Below are positions 37,345 to 46,420 of a stretch of DNA of 64,000 nucleotides, piece after piece (positions within the stretch are counted from its first letter, which is position 1; each line of letters starts with the position of its first letter). The notes under the pieces were generated by a model. That model saw only the letters and a list, made by a program, of their open reading frames with translations. It did not search any database and was not told the origin of the DNA. Source of the DNA: a virus. The position numbers were made by a program, and so were the translations under genes. The DNA is taken from IMG/VR virus record IMGVR_UViG_3300021959_010405, positions 32,001 through 96,000 of that record. The stretch is one strand, 5' to 3'.

Positions 37345-37500
37345 GTTGTTCAGATACCAAGTCAAGAAAAAGGTATGAGTGGTACTGAAATGCGAAAGCT
37401 TATTGCTGATGATTTAGACGAGGCTTTAAAATATTTCGTGCCAGAGGAGGTATCCACGGAGGGTCGTGAAATGATTAAACTAATTCTTCAAGGTAGTTAA
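37345..37500 (+). pseudogene. orphan alternative C-terminus of the nucleotidyltransferase
   Basis: 37345..37377 matches 37162..37194 at 32/33 nt, then continues as a diverged 51-aa open frame VVQIPSQEKGMSGTEMRK...QGS*. Confidence 0.8.
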
Positions 37501-37735
37501 TAATACTCTTAAGTTTTTGGTCTTGCATACTGTCTACTTTTGATTTATCTATATTATTTACCACACTTTTAAGAGTATCTACTAGCTCGTCAGTTGTAAT
37601 TGTCTCATTATTGGTAATATTTACAGGTTGATTTTGATTTGATGTGATTATTGGATCTAAACCGGGGCCTAAACCGAGATTTTCTAAAACCTGATCAATA
37701 AAAACTCGAGTTGATTCTTTTTCCCAATTATTCAT
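37475..37735 (-). CDS. hypothetical protein
   Basis: 86-aa ORF; TAAATA 8 nt upstream. Confidence 0.55.
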   Translation of the reverse strand: MNNWEKESTRVFIDQVLENLGLGPGLDPIITSNQNQPVNITNNETITTDELVDTLKSVVNNIDKSKVDSMQDQKLKSIINYLEELV

Positions 37736-37780
37736 CTATATATTATTTATATAAACTCTCTAAAAGACTATCTATTACCA

Positions 37781-37786
37781 TAAATA
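37781..37786 (+). promoter_or_regulatory. late promoter TAAATA
   Basis: 5 nt upstream of ATG 37792. Confidence 0.65.
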
Positions 37787-37791
37787 TTTGT

Positions 37792-38112
37792 ATGTCTAAC
37801 GAGAATAAAGATATAGTTGCTTTATATGAGAAAGCGATCGCAATAATCGGCGCAATGCCTCATGATATGGATCATTCACATGAAGTAGCTGATGATCATA
37901 ACCCTATGGAGCGAGATGAGAGTGAGATTCATATGGCGCTATCCGAACTTAAGAAGTTAGCTGAATACTCTCAAAAACTTTATGATAAAGTAGAGCAACT
38001 CGACGGTTTAGAGGGATGGGTTGCATCTAAGATTACTAAAGCAAGCGATTATATATCATCTGCATATCACTGGATAGATTACGAGCATGAAGATCACAAT
38101 CACGGGTGCTAA
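37792..38112 (+). CDS. conserved T4-like phage hypothetical protein (start revised to 37792)
   Basis: MALSEL...LEGWVASKITKASDYISS motif is common in large T4-like phage proteins; leader ending LYE. Confidence 0.7.
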   Translation: MSNENKDIVALYEKAIAIIGAMPHDMDHSHEVADDHNPMERDESEIHMALSELKKLAEYSQKLYDKVEQLDGLEGWVASKITKASDYISSAYHWIDYEHEDHNHGC

Positions 38113-38127
38113 TAATAAAAATTTAAC

Positions 38128-38133
38128 TAAATA
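38128..38133 (+). promoter_or_regulatory. late promoter TAAATA
   Basis: 5 nt upstream of ATG 38139. Confidence 0.65.
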
Positions 38134-38138
38134 TAGCT

Positions 38139-38456
38139 ATGGGACAATCATTTACTGACAACAACGGAACGACTTTTCATAATATTAACCAATGTAGATC
38201 ATTTACGTTTACTGCAGCCGCGAGTATCGCTAAGTTTGCTAGCCAGCCATGCTCAGAAGTCGTAATCGTTAATACTTCTGGTTCTCTTTTATCTGCTTAT
38301 GATAGTGGATATTCAGATCCTGAAAATGCTCTTGTTATACCCGACAATACTGTATTTACTATTAGAGGTCTTACTAATAGTGATCAGGTAAGCGCGGCTG
38401 GTTCTGGCCCTTTATCTTACAGAACCCAATTTTTTAGTAATAATCCGCAGAGATAG
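38139..38456 (+). CDS. hypothetical beta-rich protein, probably structural
   Basis: 105 aa under a late promoter. Confidence 0.65.
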   Translation: MGQSFTDNNGTTFHNINQCRSFTFTAAASIAKFASQPCSEVVIVNTSGSLLSAYDSGYSDPENALVIPDNTVFTIRGLTNSDQVSAAGSGPLSYRTQFFSNNPQR

Positions 38457-38494
38457 CATTGTTAATATTATCTATATTACTAAATAGATAATAA

Positions 38495-41437
38495 ATGATA
38501 GTGTTTAGCGAAAAGGTGCAACCCACCTTTACTAGCTCTGATCATAACGTCATTATTGTTGAAGATTTCAATGAAATCTTCTTCGACGTTTTTGAATTAG
38601 AGATAAACGGGAATAAATTTGTAGCGGAGAAGGTATCTGATCATAACGGATCCCCTGTTGTAACTATCCCTATTGAAAATGACGGTAAAAAATATAATGT
38701 ACCGTGTATTCTAGAGAGGGGGGATAAATTCGAGCTTTATTACAATAAGGACGCTCAAAAAACATATAAGCCCGTTAAAACATCTCCTAAGACTAACGAT
38801 ATTAATATACTCGAATTAGTTGAAACCAAAATACAGGAAAAAGTTCCTTTATTTGAAGTACCGGACATCGAGAAAGCGGTAGATAATATAAAATCTATTA
38901 AAGAATCTGCTGCCAGTTACTTAGAGCGCATGCGACTAGAGTATCTGGATGAGCAAAAGCGTGAGATAGATAAGTACGAGAAGAAAAAGAAGAGTGAAAT
39001 TAAAAGACTTAACGACGATTACCGTCGAAGCATGGTTTCTGAATTTTACGCTATTACAGAAAACATAAAAGACCAAATTTCTGAACAAAATATTAAGGAA
39101 AGAGATCAATATAACGATTTTATTAATGAGTCTTTTAACCAGTACTGTCAGGAATTAGATCAAAAGGTAGGAAAAGATTATCAATCCGCGATTAACCTGT
39201 TTGAATCTAAGATTGAGACTCTGACTAACGATATTTTTACCGAAAAAATTCAAAATATCTTCGAATCTAAGGTAAGTGATCTAGAAAAAGTACTATCTGG
39301 TAAAGAAGCTCTCTTCGAAAAAGAGTTCACCGGTAAATTTGACGAATATTCTAAAAAAATATTAGAGAAAGTTGAGAATAAAACTAATTCTTTCAATGAG
39401 CATGTAGAAAATCTTGCTAAACGTTATGAAGATGCTATTCAGTCATTGCGAGAGTCTAATATTGAAACGAATGACTTAATTACTAAGAATACTAATAGAG
39501 CTTTAAGTAGAATAGGTAATGTAAAGACGGTTCTTACTAATAAAATAGACGAAGATTTATCTAAATTACAAGAATCTAATAAAGAGGTAGAAAGGGACTT
39601 AAGAGCTAAATTATCCAATCACAAAAGCTATATTAAAAAATATTTTGGGGATAAAGTTTCTATATTAGAAACTAAATTTACTGATATTAGTGAAGATTAT
39701 AGAGATAATGTAATTGATTTAATACATAAGAGCGAGGAGAAGCTACTTAATGAAATTTCTAAGATAGATAGAGAACTCCCAACAGTATTTTTAAAGGAAG
39801 CTAAAGATAGCTCCGGAAATAATTCAGAGGTCTCGCTTGAAGATATACGTAAAGAGTTAGAGAATAATATATCTAATAAATTTAGTAGAGAAATAGTAAG
39901 TCTTAAGAGACTTATTGAAATGTCGAGCGGTGGAGGATCTGTAGCGCAACAATTTGCGAATGGCGGAGTAATCAATGGTGACTTAGTCATTACCGGATCG
40001 ATCTCGGCGTCCTCATTTCTCGGAATTTCCGGTACTAGTGGTACCGGAGGTGGTACATTATCAGCAGATAGTATAATATTTAATACTCAAGCAGGTATTA
40101 CGCCCGGTGTAGGAGAGTTAACATGGAATGCAGATGAGGAATCTCTAGATTATGGAGTTAATAGTGATGTTACTCTTCAGATAGGTCAAGAGCAGTTAAT
40201 TCACGTTAAAGCAGAGGAGGATATTAAGAACGGTCAAGCGGTTTATGCTTCCGGTGCTAGTGGTACTGGCTCTGGTAATATAAAGGTTAGACTCTTTAGA
40301 GCTAATGCAGGAGGTACTGACGAACTTTATTTTATCGGTATAGCTACTCAAGACATAGCTACAAACGAATTCGGATTTGTTACTACTTTTGGTAAAGTGC
40401 GTGGTGTACAGGTAGCTGATACAAGAGCTAGCGATGACCCTCAAGCATTAAGTGCCAATAATGAGGGTTGGAATATAGGCACAATTCTGTATGTGTCTCC
40501 TGCAGAGGCAGGCAAGTTTACACAAACCAAACCAGTAGCTCCTGATAAGGATATACCGGTAGTAATGATTCTTTCTGAGAATGGTAATCAGCGTACATTC
40601 TTTACCAGATATGAGCACGGGTATCACCTAAGCGAGATTCATGACGTATTATATAATGAGCCTATTAGCGATGGTGATTTACTAACCTGGAATAATACAA
40701 TAAGTGCGTGGGAGAATCAGCCCTCTAACTCGTCAGAAACAGATCCGGTATTTTCGTCATGGGCTCAAACTAATAGCGCTAACTACGATGTTGCATATGA
40801 GACCGTATCATCAGGCGGTGAAATTGGAGGAGATTTAACGGTTGTAGGTGATGTTAGCGCATATAACGTAACGGGTGAAAATATAACTTCTATTGAAAAT
40901 AAAATAGAATCGATATATTCTTATCTAATTCAAAATTTTGAACATACCTATACTGCAACCTCAACAACAATAGAAAATTTCGTTTCTAGCGAGTGGACTG
41001 CATCGTTAAATTTACAGCCGGGCGATATTTTATTACTATCGGGAGCAAATATAGCGTATATACTAGGAGAATCAGACGGTTCCGGTGTTGATAATTACTA
41101 TCCGGTAAATTTAAAACCAAATTTTATTTTCTTTAAAGCGGGAATTGAAGATTATAGTACCCTAGATACTTTTCCCTTATCATCAACAAAGAGCTCTAAA
41201 TATGTAGTTCAGGTAGAGGATAATGAAACTGCTGATGTTTTTTATTGCGAGTTAAATGTGGTTTCTAATGGTACAATTGCAACTGTAACTGAATTTGGAG
41301 CGAACTATACAACTAATGAACCTTTTGTTGAGTTTGGCGCTGAGGTTGACAGCCAGGCAGTAGCATTAACCGCAACCGGTATTGATAAAGATATGAGCAA
41401 TTTTATTTTTAAGGGTAATAGAATAAATTTATTTTAA
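38495..41437 (+). CDS. large virion structural/fibre-like protein
   Basis: Long coiled-coil (~aa 130-480), Gly-rich beta region, C-terminal SSKYVVQV...TEFG module; late promoter at 38481..38486. Confidence 0.7.
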   Translation: MIVFSEKVQPTFTSSDHNVIIVEDFNEIFFDVFELEINGNKFVAEKVSDHNGSPVVTIPIENDGKKYNVPCILERGDKFELYYNKDAQKTYKPVKTSPKTNDINILELVETKIQEKVPLFEVPDIEKAVDNIKSIKESAASYLERMRLEYLDEQKREIDKYEKKKKSEIKRLNDDYRRSMVSEFYAITENIKDQISEQNIKERDQYNDFINESFNQYCQELDQKVGKDYQSAINLFESKIETLTNDIFTEKIQNIFESKVSDLEKVLSGKEALFEKEFTGKFDEYSKKILEKVENKTNSFNEHVENLAKRYEDAIQSLRESNIETNDLITKNTNRALSRIGNVKTVLTNKIDEDLSKLQESNKEVERDLRAKLSNHKSYIKKYFGDKVSILETKFTDISEDYRDNVIDLIHKSEEKLLNEISKIDRELPTVFLKEAKDSSGNNSEVSLEDIRKELENNISNKFSREIVSLKRLIEMSSGGGSVAQQFANGGVINGDLVITGSISASSFLGISGTSGTGGGTLSADSIIFNTQAGITPGVGELTWNADEESLDYGVNSDVTLQIGQEQLIHVKAEEDIKNGQAVYASGASGTGSGNIKVRLFRANAGGTDELYFIGIATQDIATNEFGFVTTFGKVRGVQVADTRASDDPQALSANNEGWNIGTILYVSPAEAGKFTQTKPVAPDKDIPVVMILSENGNQRTFFTRYEHGYHLSEIHDVLYNEPISDGDLLTWNNTISAWENQPSNSSETDPVFSSWAQTNSANYDVAYETVSSGGEIGGDLTVVGDVSAYNVTGENITSIENKIESIYSYLIQNFEHTYTATSTTIENFVSSEWTASLNLQPGDILLLSGANIAYILGESDGSGVDNYYPVNLKPNFIFFKAGIEDYSTLDTFPLSSTKSSKYVVQVEDNETADVFYCELNVVSNGTIATVTEFGANYTTNEPFVEFGAEVDSQAVALTATGIDKDMSNFIFKGNRINLF

Positions 41438-41479
41438 GCTTTTATAGACAAAACCAGCTTAATTTAATAAATAATTTAT

Positions 41480-43180
41480 ATGGCCTTAAATAGAGACTTT
41501 AGAATAAAAGATTCACTTAATGTGGGAGTTAGTGCCCTTTTTAGAGGAGGATCATCACAATATGACCCGACTAAGGTCACCATAGATACGTATGGTTTAA
41601 TTCTTTCAGGAGGTCGAGACCTTGCAGAACTATTTGATACATCTCTAGGAGATATACCGAAATATGATTCGGTTTATACAACAACAAATACTAATAGTGC
41701 TAACTGGGATAGTACTTATACTACTGTTAGTAATAATAGTGCTAACTGGGATAATACTCTTGGAGAATCGGCTTATACAACAACAAATGCTAATAGCGCT
41801 AACTGGAATACAGCCTATACGGCGATTAATGCAAAAGAATCCAAGTGGGATTCCAGCTATACAACAACAAACACAAACAGTGCTAACTGGAATACAGCCT
41901 ATACGACGGTAAATGCAAAAGAGTCTAAATGGGATTCTAGCTATACTACAACGAATGAAAACAGCGCTAACTGGGATACAGCTTATACTGCGATTAACAC
42001 GAAAGAATCTAAATGGGATTCCAGTTATACAACAACAAACTCTAATAGCGCCAATTGGAATACAGCTTATACTACTGTTAATACAAAAGAATCAAACTGG
42101 GATACAGCTTATAATGCGATTAATGCAAAAGAATCTAAATGGGATTCCAGCTACACAACAACGAATGCTAATAGTGCCAACTGGGATAATACTTATACTA
42201 CTGTTAGCAATAACAGCGCTAGCTGGGATAATACTCTTGGAGAATCAGTTTATACCTCCTATAATAGTGCTTCTGCAGCTATAGTAGACTCTGTTGCAGA
42301 GGGAAATGCTCAAGGAAAAGTCGCTGTAACAAGTCTAGACGGGACAGTTACACAAGTTGATGTAAACAATTTACAAACGGACGATTCCCCAACATTCGCG
42401 GGAGTCCGCGGAGGTAATATTAATGTAGGTATTACGGATGACAATACTATAGACACCACTAGTGGTGATTTAACTATCAATTCATCGGGAGGAACTACTA
42501 CAATAGACGATGAGCTCGTCGTCGCTGGCAATACTACAGTTCAGGGTAGTTTAAGTGTTACAGGAGATTTTACATACATCGATACGACCGTATCAGTTAC
42601 TTCTGCTTTAGAAATCACTAATGCTGGTACAGGTCCTGCACTAGTAGTCAATCAAACAGGGGCACAGCCTGTTGTTGATTTTCAAGATGATGGGGAAACT
42701 ACACTATATGTAGAAGATGGAGGAAATGTTGGTATAGGAACTTCCGATCCCTCGACGAAGTTAACCGTTGCAGGAACAGTATCCGCTCAAGGCGATACAA
42801 CGATCGATGGTTCAGTAACGATAAATTCTGACATTAGCCAATACTCTGCCCCGGGTGGTACGGAGTATATCAATAATCAAGTATTTACAGATAACCTTTT
42901 ACTTGCATCACCTACTACAGTAAATACATTTAGTAAGAGCGGTGTTAAGTCTATTAAGTATATCGTTTCTATGTACAATGTTGGATCTAGAACAGCTTTC
43001 GAAATAATTGCAACATATAACGGAACTGATGCTTTCGGATCAGTATATGGTCAGGTAGATGCACAAGGAACTTCCTTACTGAGCGACGTTGATATATCCT
43101 CAACCGGTAGTACAATAGATTTAGAATTTACAGTTACCGCTGATTGTTCTGTTGCTATTCATGGAATAGCGCATTACTAA
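41480..43180 (+). CDS. tail-fibre-like protein with 14-aa W-repeat shaft
   Basis: Repeats WxxxYTxxNxxxxx, GNVGIGT, C-terminal SIKYIV...VYG module; late promoter at 41468..41473. Confidence 0.78.
   Translation: MALNRDFRIKDSLNVGVSALFRGGSSQYDPTKVTIDTYGLILSGGRDLAELFDTSLGDIPKYDSVYTTTNTNSANWDSTYTTVSNNSANWDNTLGESAYTTTNANSANWNTAYTAINAKESKWDSSYTTTNTNSANWNTAYTTVNAKESKWDSSYTTTNENSANWDTAYTAINTKESKWDSSYTTTNSNSANWNTAYTTVNTKESNWDTAYNAINAKESKWDSSYTTTNANSANWDNTYTTVSNNSASWDNTLGESVYTSYNSASAAIVDSVAEGNAQGKVAVTSLDGTVTQVDVNNLQTDDSPTFAGVRGGNINVGITDDNTIDTTSGDLTINSSGGTTTIDDELVVAGNTTVQGSLSVTGDFTYIDTTVSVTSALEITNAGTGPALVVNQTGAQPVVDFQDDGETTLYVEDGGNVGIGTSDPSTKLTVAGTVSAQGDTTIDGSVTINSDISQYSAPGGTEYINNQVFTDNLLLASPTTVNTFSKSGVKSIKYIVSMYNVGSRTAFEIIATYNGTDAFGSVYGQVDAQGTSLLSDVDISSTGSTIDLEFTVTADCSVAIHGIAHY
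41663..42260 (+). repeat. 42-bp/84-bp coding tandem repeat array
   Basis: 13 Trp-anchored units, mostly alternating WNTAYTAINAKESK and WDSSYTTTNxNSAN. Confidence 0.9.
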
Positions 43181-43223
43181 AATATATACACGTACGATAG
43201 GGGGAATGTGAACCCGATCAAAT

Positions 43224-44777
43224 ATGGAAAAATTTAATATTAAAAATGGGTTGTCTGTAGGGGCAGATAAACTAGATATAATAGATGCAACTGGTAGTCT
43301 TAGCGCTACTTCCATAACTCTTAGCGGTACAGCAGTTACATCAACAGCTACCGAACTTAATTATTTAAATGGTGTTACTGGTATTACACTAGGTAGTGCT
43401 AATGAAATATTACTTGTGGGTGGAGATGGTTCTAGTATTACTAGTGATAGCACTCTAGCAGTGGATTCTGCTAGTAACTTCATTGGCATTAACCAAACCT
43501 CTCCAGAAGTTACCTTACACATGACAGGTGAAGGCGCTCAAACAGCGCAGATTCGTATGGAGCAGTACAATGACAGTGCTGACGCTCCAGATGTAAGAAC
43601 AAGAAGATACAGAGGCACGATCGACGAGCCTGCTGCTGTACAATCAGGTGATTATCTATTTAGAAGTAACCACGAATACTGGAATGGTACATCACTACTT
43701 GTAGGTGGTGCCTTTGCTTTTGATAATACAAATAATGCTGCTAGAACACAGTTTTCGGTTGCTGTTGATACTGACGGCACAGGTGCAAATCCACAAGGCA
43801 ATAATGGGCAGTTTAAGATCGATGGTAATGACAGTGGCGCTATTACATTCAACAACGCATACAAGTTTCCAACCACAGATGGAAGCGCTAACCAAATACT
43901 ACAAACAAATGGTGCAGGAGCTTTAAGTTTTACAGGTTCTCCAACGTTTACGGGACTAACAGTTGATACAAACACACTCTATGTTGATGCAGCAAATAAC
44001 AGAATTGGTATTGGCACAACGAGCCCAGCGTATCAAGTTGAAATAGAAAACACTGGCGCAAACGCACTAATAGTATTAGATAGAACTGACGGTGCAGCTT
44101 GTTTCATCGAAGGTGGTGCTACTGCTTCAGTGATTGGTTCTGTTGGTGCCAACGATGTTGAAATAGCCTACAATAGTTTTCCAGTGGTTACAATCGGTGC
44201 AAATGGTGCTATCACAGTTAATCCAGATGGAGATGGATTTACATTTCCAACCACAGATGGAAGCGCTAACCAAATACTACAAACAGACGGAGCCGGTAAT
44301 TTGTCTTTTGTCGATGAAACAGATCCAGTATTTTCATCATGGGCTCAGAGTGTAAGCTCTAATTATGATTCGACATATACAACGGTTCAAACCAATAGTG
44401 CGAGATGGTCTATTGTAAGTAGAGAATATCAGGTATTTGACGCAAGTTTAGCTGCTAACGAAAAAGAATTATTGTTCGTCGCGACCAAGCCTGGAACAAT
44501 TCACTGGGTCGGAGCCGTGGTAGACGATCCGGGCACCGAGGATGTTGAAATTTCTATTCTCAGTGATGGTGCGGGGATTTCTGGGAGTAACATTACTTTG
44601 TCAAATGCTTCGTCTTATGCTGATTACGGCTATGGCGTGACTGAATACAATTCATCCTTCTCCGCCGGTACCGTGATCGAAGTTGAGATCGTTGATCCCG
44701 GCGAAGGGGAGGGTAGCGGAGCAGTCGCAGCGCAAGGTCCACTATATATCGAAGTAGTATTAAGTTACGATGATTAA
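43224..44777 (+). CDS. tail-fibre-like protein
   Basis: RIGIGTTSP, FIGINQTSP, duplicated FPTTDGSANQILQT; C-terminal ~125 aa is GC-rich. Confidence 0.75.
   Translation: MEKFNIKNGLSVGADKLDIIDATGSLSATSITLSGTAVTSTATELNYLNGVTGITLGSANEILLVGGDGSSITSDSTLAVDSASNFIGINQTSPEVTLHMTGEGAQTAQIRMEQYNDSADAPDVRTRRYRGTIDEPAAVQSGDYLFRSNHEYWNGTSLLVGGAFAFDNTNNAARTQFSVAVDTDGTGANPQGNNGQFKIDGNDSGAITFNNAYKFPTTDGSANQILQTNGAGALSFTGSPTFTGLTVDTNTLYVDAANNRIGIGTTSPAYQVEIENTGANALIVLDRTDGAACFIEGGATASVIGSVGANDVEIAYNSFPVVTIGANGAITVNPDGDGFTFPTTDGSANQILQTDGAGNLSFVDETDPVFSSWAQSVSSNYDSTYTTVQTNSARWSIVSREYQVFDASLAANEKELLFVATKPGTIHWVGAVVDDPGTEDVEISILSDGAGISGSNITLSNASSYADYGYGVTEYNSSFSAGTVIEVEIVDPGEGEGSGAVAAQGPLYIEVVLSYDD
43866..44285 (+). 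repeat. identical 42-bp direct repeat (43866..43907 and 44244..44285)
   Basis: tttccaaccacagatggaagcgctaaccaaatactacaaaca twice. Confidence 0.9.
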
Positions 44778-45696
44778 ACGAACCCGCTTAAAAACTACTG
44801 GAGCTTCTGATCTGGTTAATAGGGGTTTGTATTCACGCGTAGACTATTCTTCTAAACGAGTTACTCGGAACCAGAAAGATTTTAGATCATTCGGGACTCC
44901 AATGGTGATCGAAGCCATTGTTACGGTTTGCACTGAAGCGTTAATACACGAGTTACGTGAATGGTTGCCAACCGCGCGAGTATGCTATCCTAGCATTCCT
45001 TTATATGTCGCAACAGATGTTTCGGAAAGCCGCGTAATGGAATATGCACGGGAAGTCAATGTTGAGAATGTTCAGGTTGTTCCCCTAGATTTGAACCACG
45101 CAGTTGGTCGTGTGGGTAATGTAAATGTTTGGGCAAAACATTGGATTCTCGAAGCAATATGGTGCAAACTCGATGCTCTTCGGCGGGTGGTCGAAATGCA
45201 TCCTGGCGGTGTGCTTCTCGCGGATTGCGATATCACATTTATTCAATCCCCGTATCGAAAAGAGTATTGGGCCGATGTGGTGTTAAGCCCCAATTATCAT
45301 GGGGATCTGCAACTTACTACCAGGGACTTGGACGGCAAGACACGAATCCCTCTTTACGTTCGAGACTCGCTTTTTAATGCGGGTATGCTCGCAACTCGGT
45401 CGATAGAATTTTGTGAATGGTGGATCGAGCAATACGAAGCTGGTGGTCCAGGAACATTTGTCGAACAAACAGCACTTGAACAAGTACCTCGTTTATTTAA
45501 TGTGGATTACTTTGGGCCTGAAGAGAACTTTGGTAAATGGCGTTTTGCTGCCCCACCTCCCAACACAAATAGTGTTCACATGCACGTCCATGAGAGGTCG
45601 CGAAAACCTGAAGTTACTATGTTGAAAATCTCAGCGCAATCCTCAGCGGCTTCTGCGCGTAAATTTCTTCTAGAGAACCCCACTCGCCGAAAATAA
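44770..45696 (+). CDS. putative glycosyltransferase (GT-A, nucleotide-diphospho-sugar transferase-like)
   Basis: IWCKLDAL, LLADCDI (DxD), FNAGML, FVEQTAL. Confidence 0.7.
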   Translation: MIKRTRLKTTGASDLVNRGLYSRVDYSSKRVTRNQKDFRSFGTPMVIEAIVTVCTEALIHELREWLPTARVCYPSIPLYVATDVSESRVMEYAREVNVENVQVVPLDLNHAVGRVGNVNVWAKHWILEAIWCKLDALRRVVEMHPGGVLLADCDITFIQSPYRKEYWADVVLSPNYHGDLQLTTRDLDGKTRIPLYVRDSLFNAGMLATRSIEFCEWWIEQYEAGGPGTFVEQTALEQVPRLFNVDYFGPEENFGKWRFAAPPPNTNSVHMHVHERSRKPEVTMLKISAQSSAASARKFLLENPTRRK

Positions 45697-46329
45697 ATGA
45701 TCTCATTGAATAACACATTTGTTTTTGTCCATGTTAATAAAACTGGAGGTACTTCGATAACGGAAGCCCTTTCAGATTACGAGGACGTTCTACACCCGGA
45801 CTACGACCACTTATGTGCTAAGCTGACGAAGCGGTTAATAGGAGCTGATTTATGGGAAGAAATGTACTCTTTCGCTTTCTTTCGAAACCCTTTTGATCGG
45901 ATGGTTTCAAGCTATTTTTATAGGAGACAAATACTCGAAGATACGAGATGTTCTCGGCCAGCCAAGGATAAGTCGTTTCGCGATTGGATGTTGGAGGATG
46001 TGGCCAGTTTTCACTATTGCACCCATGGTCACGAATGGAATAACCAACTGGCCATGGTAGAAGAAGGGGATGGAAATGTGATTGTAGATGACATTTTCTT
46101 TTTTGAAGATGGATTGCAAAAAGGTCTTGATACCGCTTGCAATAAAATTGGAATACCAGTCCCAGAGCTAATACATAGTAATAAGACTGAGAAAGCGCAT
46201 TGGAGTAGCTATTACGACGAAGAAACGTGCGAGATAGTTGCCGAACGATTTTCACGCGATCTTCTCTGGGCGGAACAGGTTCGTCCGGGAATATGGCCTT
46301 CCCCTTTAGATTTAGATATAGCTGAATAA
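45697..46329 (+). CDS. sulfotransferase family 2 protein
   Basis: FVHVNKTGGTS (5'-PSB), FFRNPFDRMVSSY (3'-PB). Confidence 0.85.
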   Translation: MISLNNTFVFVHVNKTGGTSITEALSDYEDVLHPDYDHLCAKLTKRLIGADLWEEMYSFAFFRNPFDRMVSSYFYRRQILEDTRCSRPAKDKSFRDWMLEDVASFHYCTHGHEWNNQLAMVEEGDGNVIVDDIFFFEDGLQKGLDTACNKIGIPVPELIHSNKTEKAHWSSYYDEETCEIVAERFSRDLLWAEQVRPGIWPSPLDLDIAE

Positions 46330-46409
46330 TTTTTTCCTTATAATCTTAAAGGATTTTTATATAATAAATATTTGATCGTTAAGGATTATACTTTATTAAA
46401 ACATAAGAC

Positions 46410-46415
46410 TAAATA
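46410..46415 (+). promoter_or_regulatory. late promoter TAAATA
   Basis: 5 nt upstream of ATG 46421. Confidence 0.65.
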
Positions 46416-46420
46416 TATAT

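Noticed and set aside
41663-42260. Regularly spaced repeats resembling a CRISPR array
   Set aside because: Units are in-frame multiples of 3 with synonymous variation inside a long ORF; there are no unique spacers and no cas genes.
45129-46255. Overlapping ORFs in the GC-rich island, including 45818..46255 minus
   Set aside because: Shadows of the GT and sulfotransferase, which carry the recognisable motifs.
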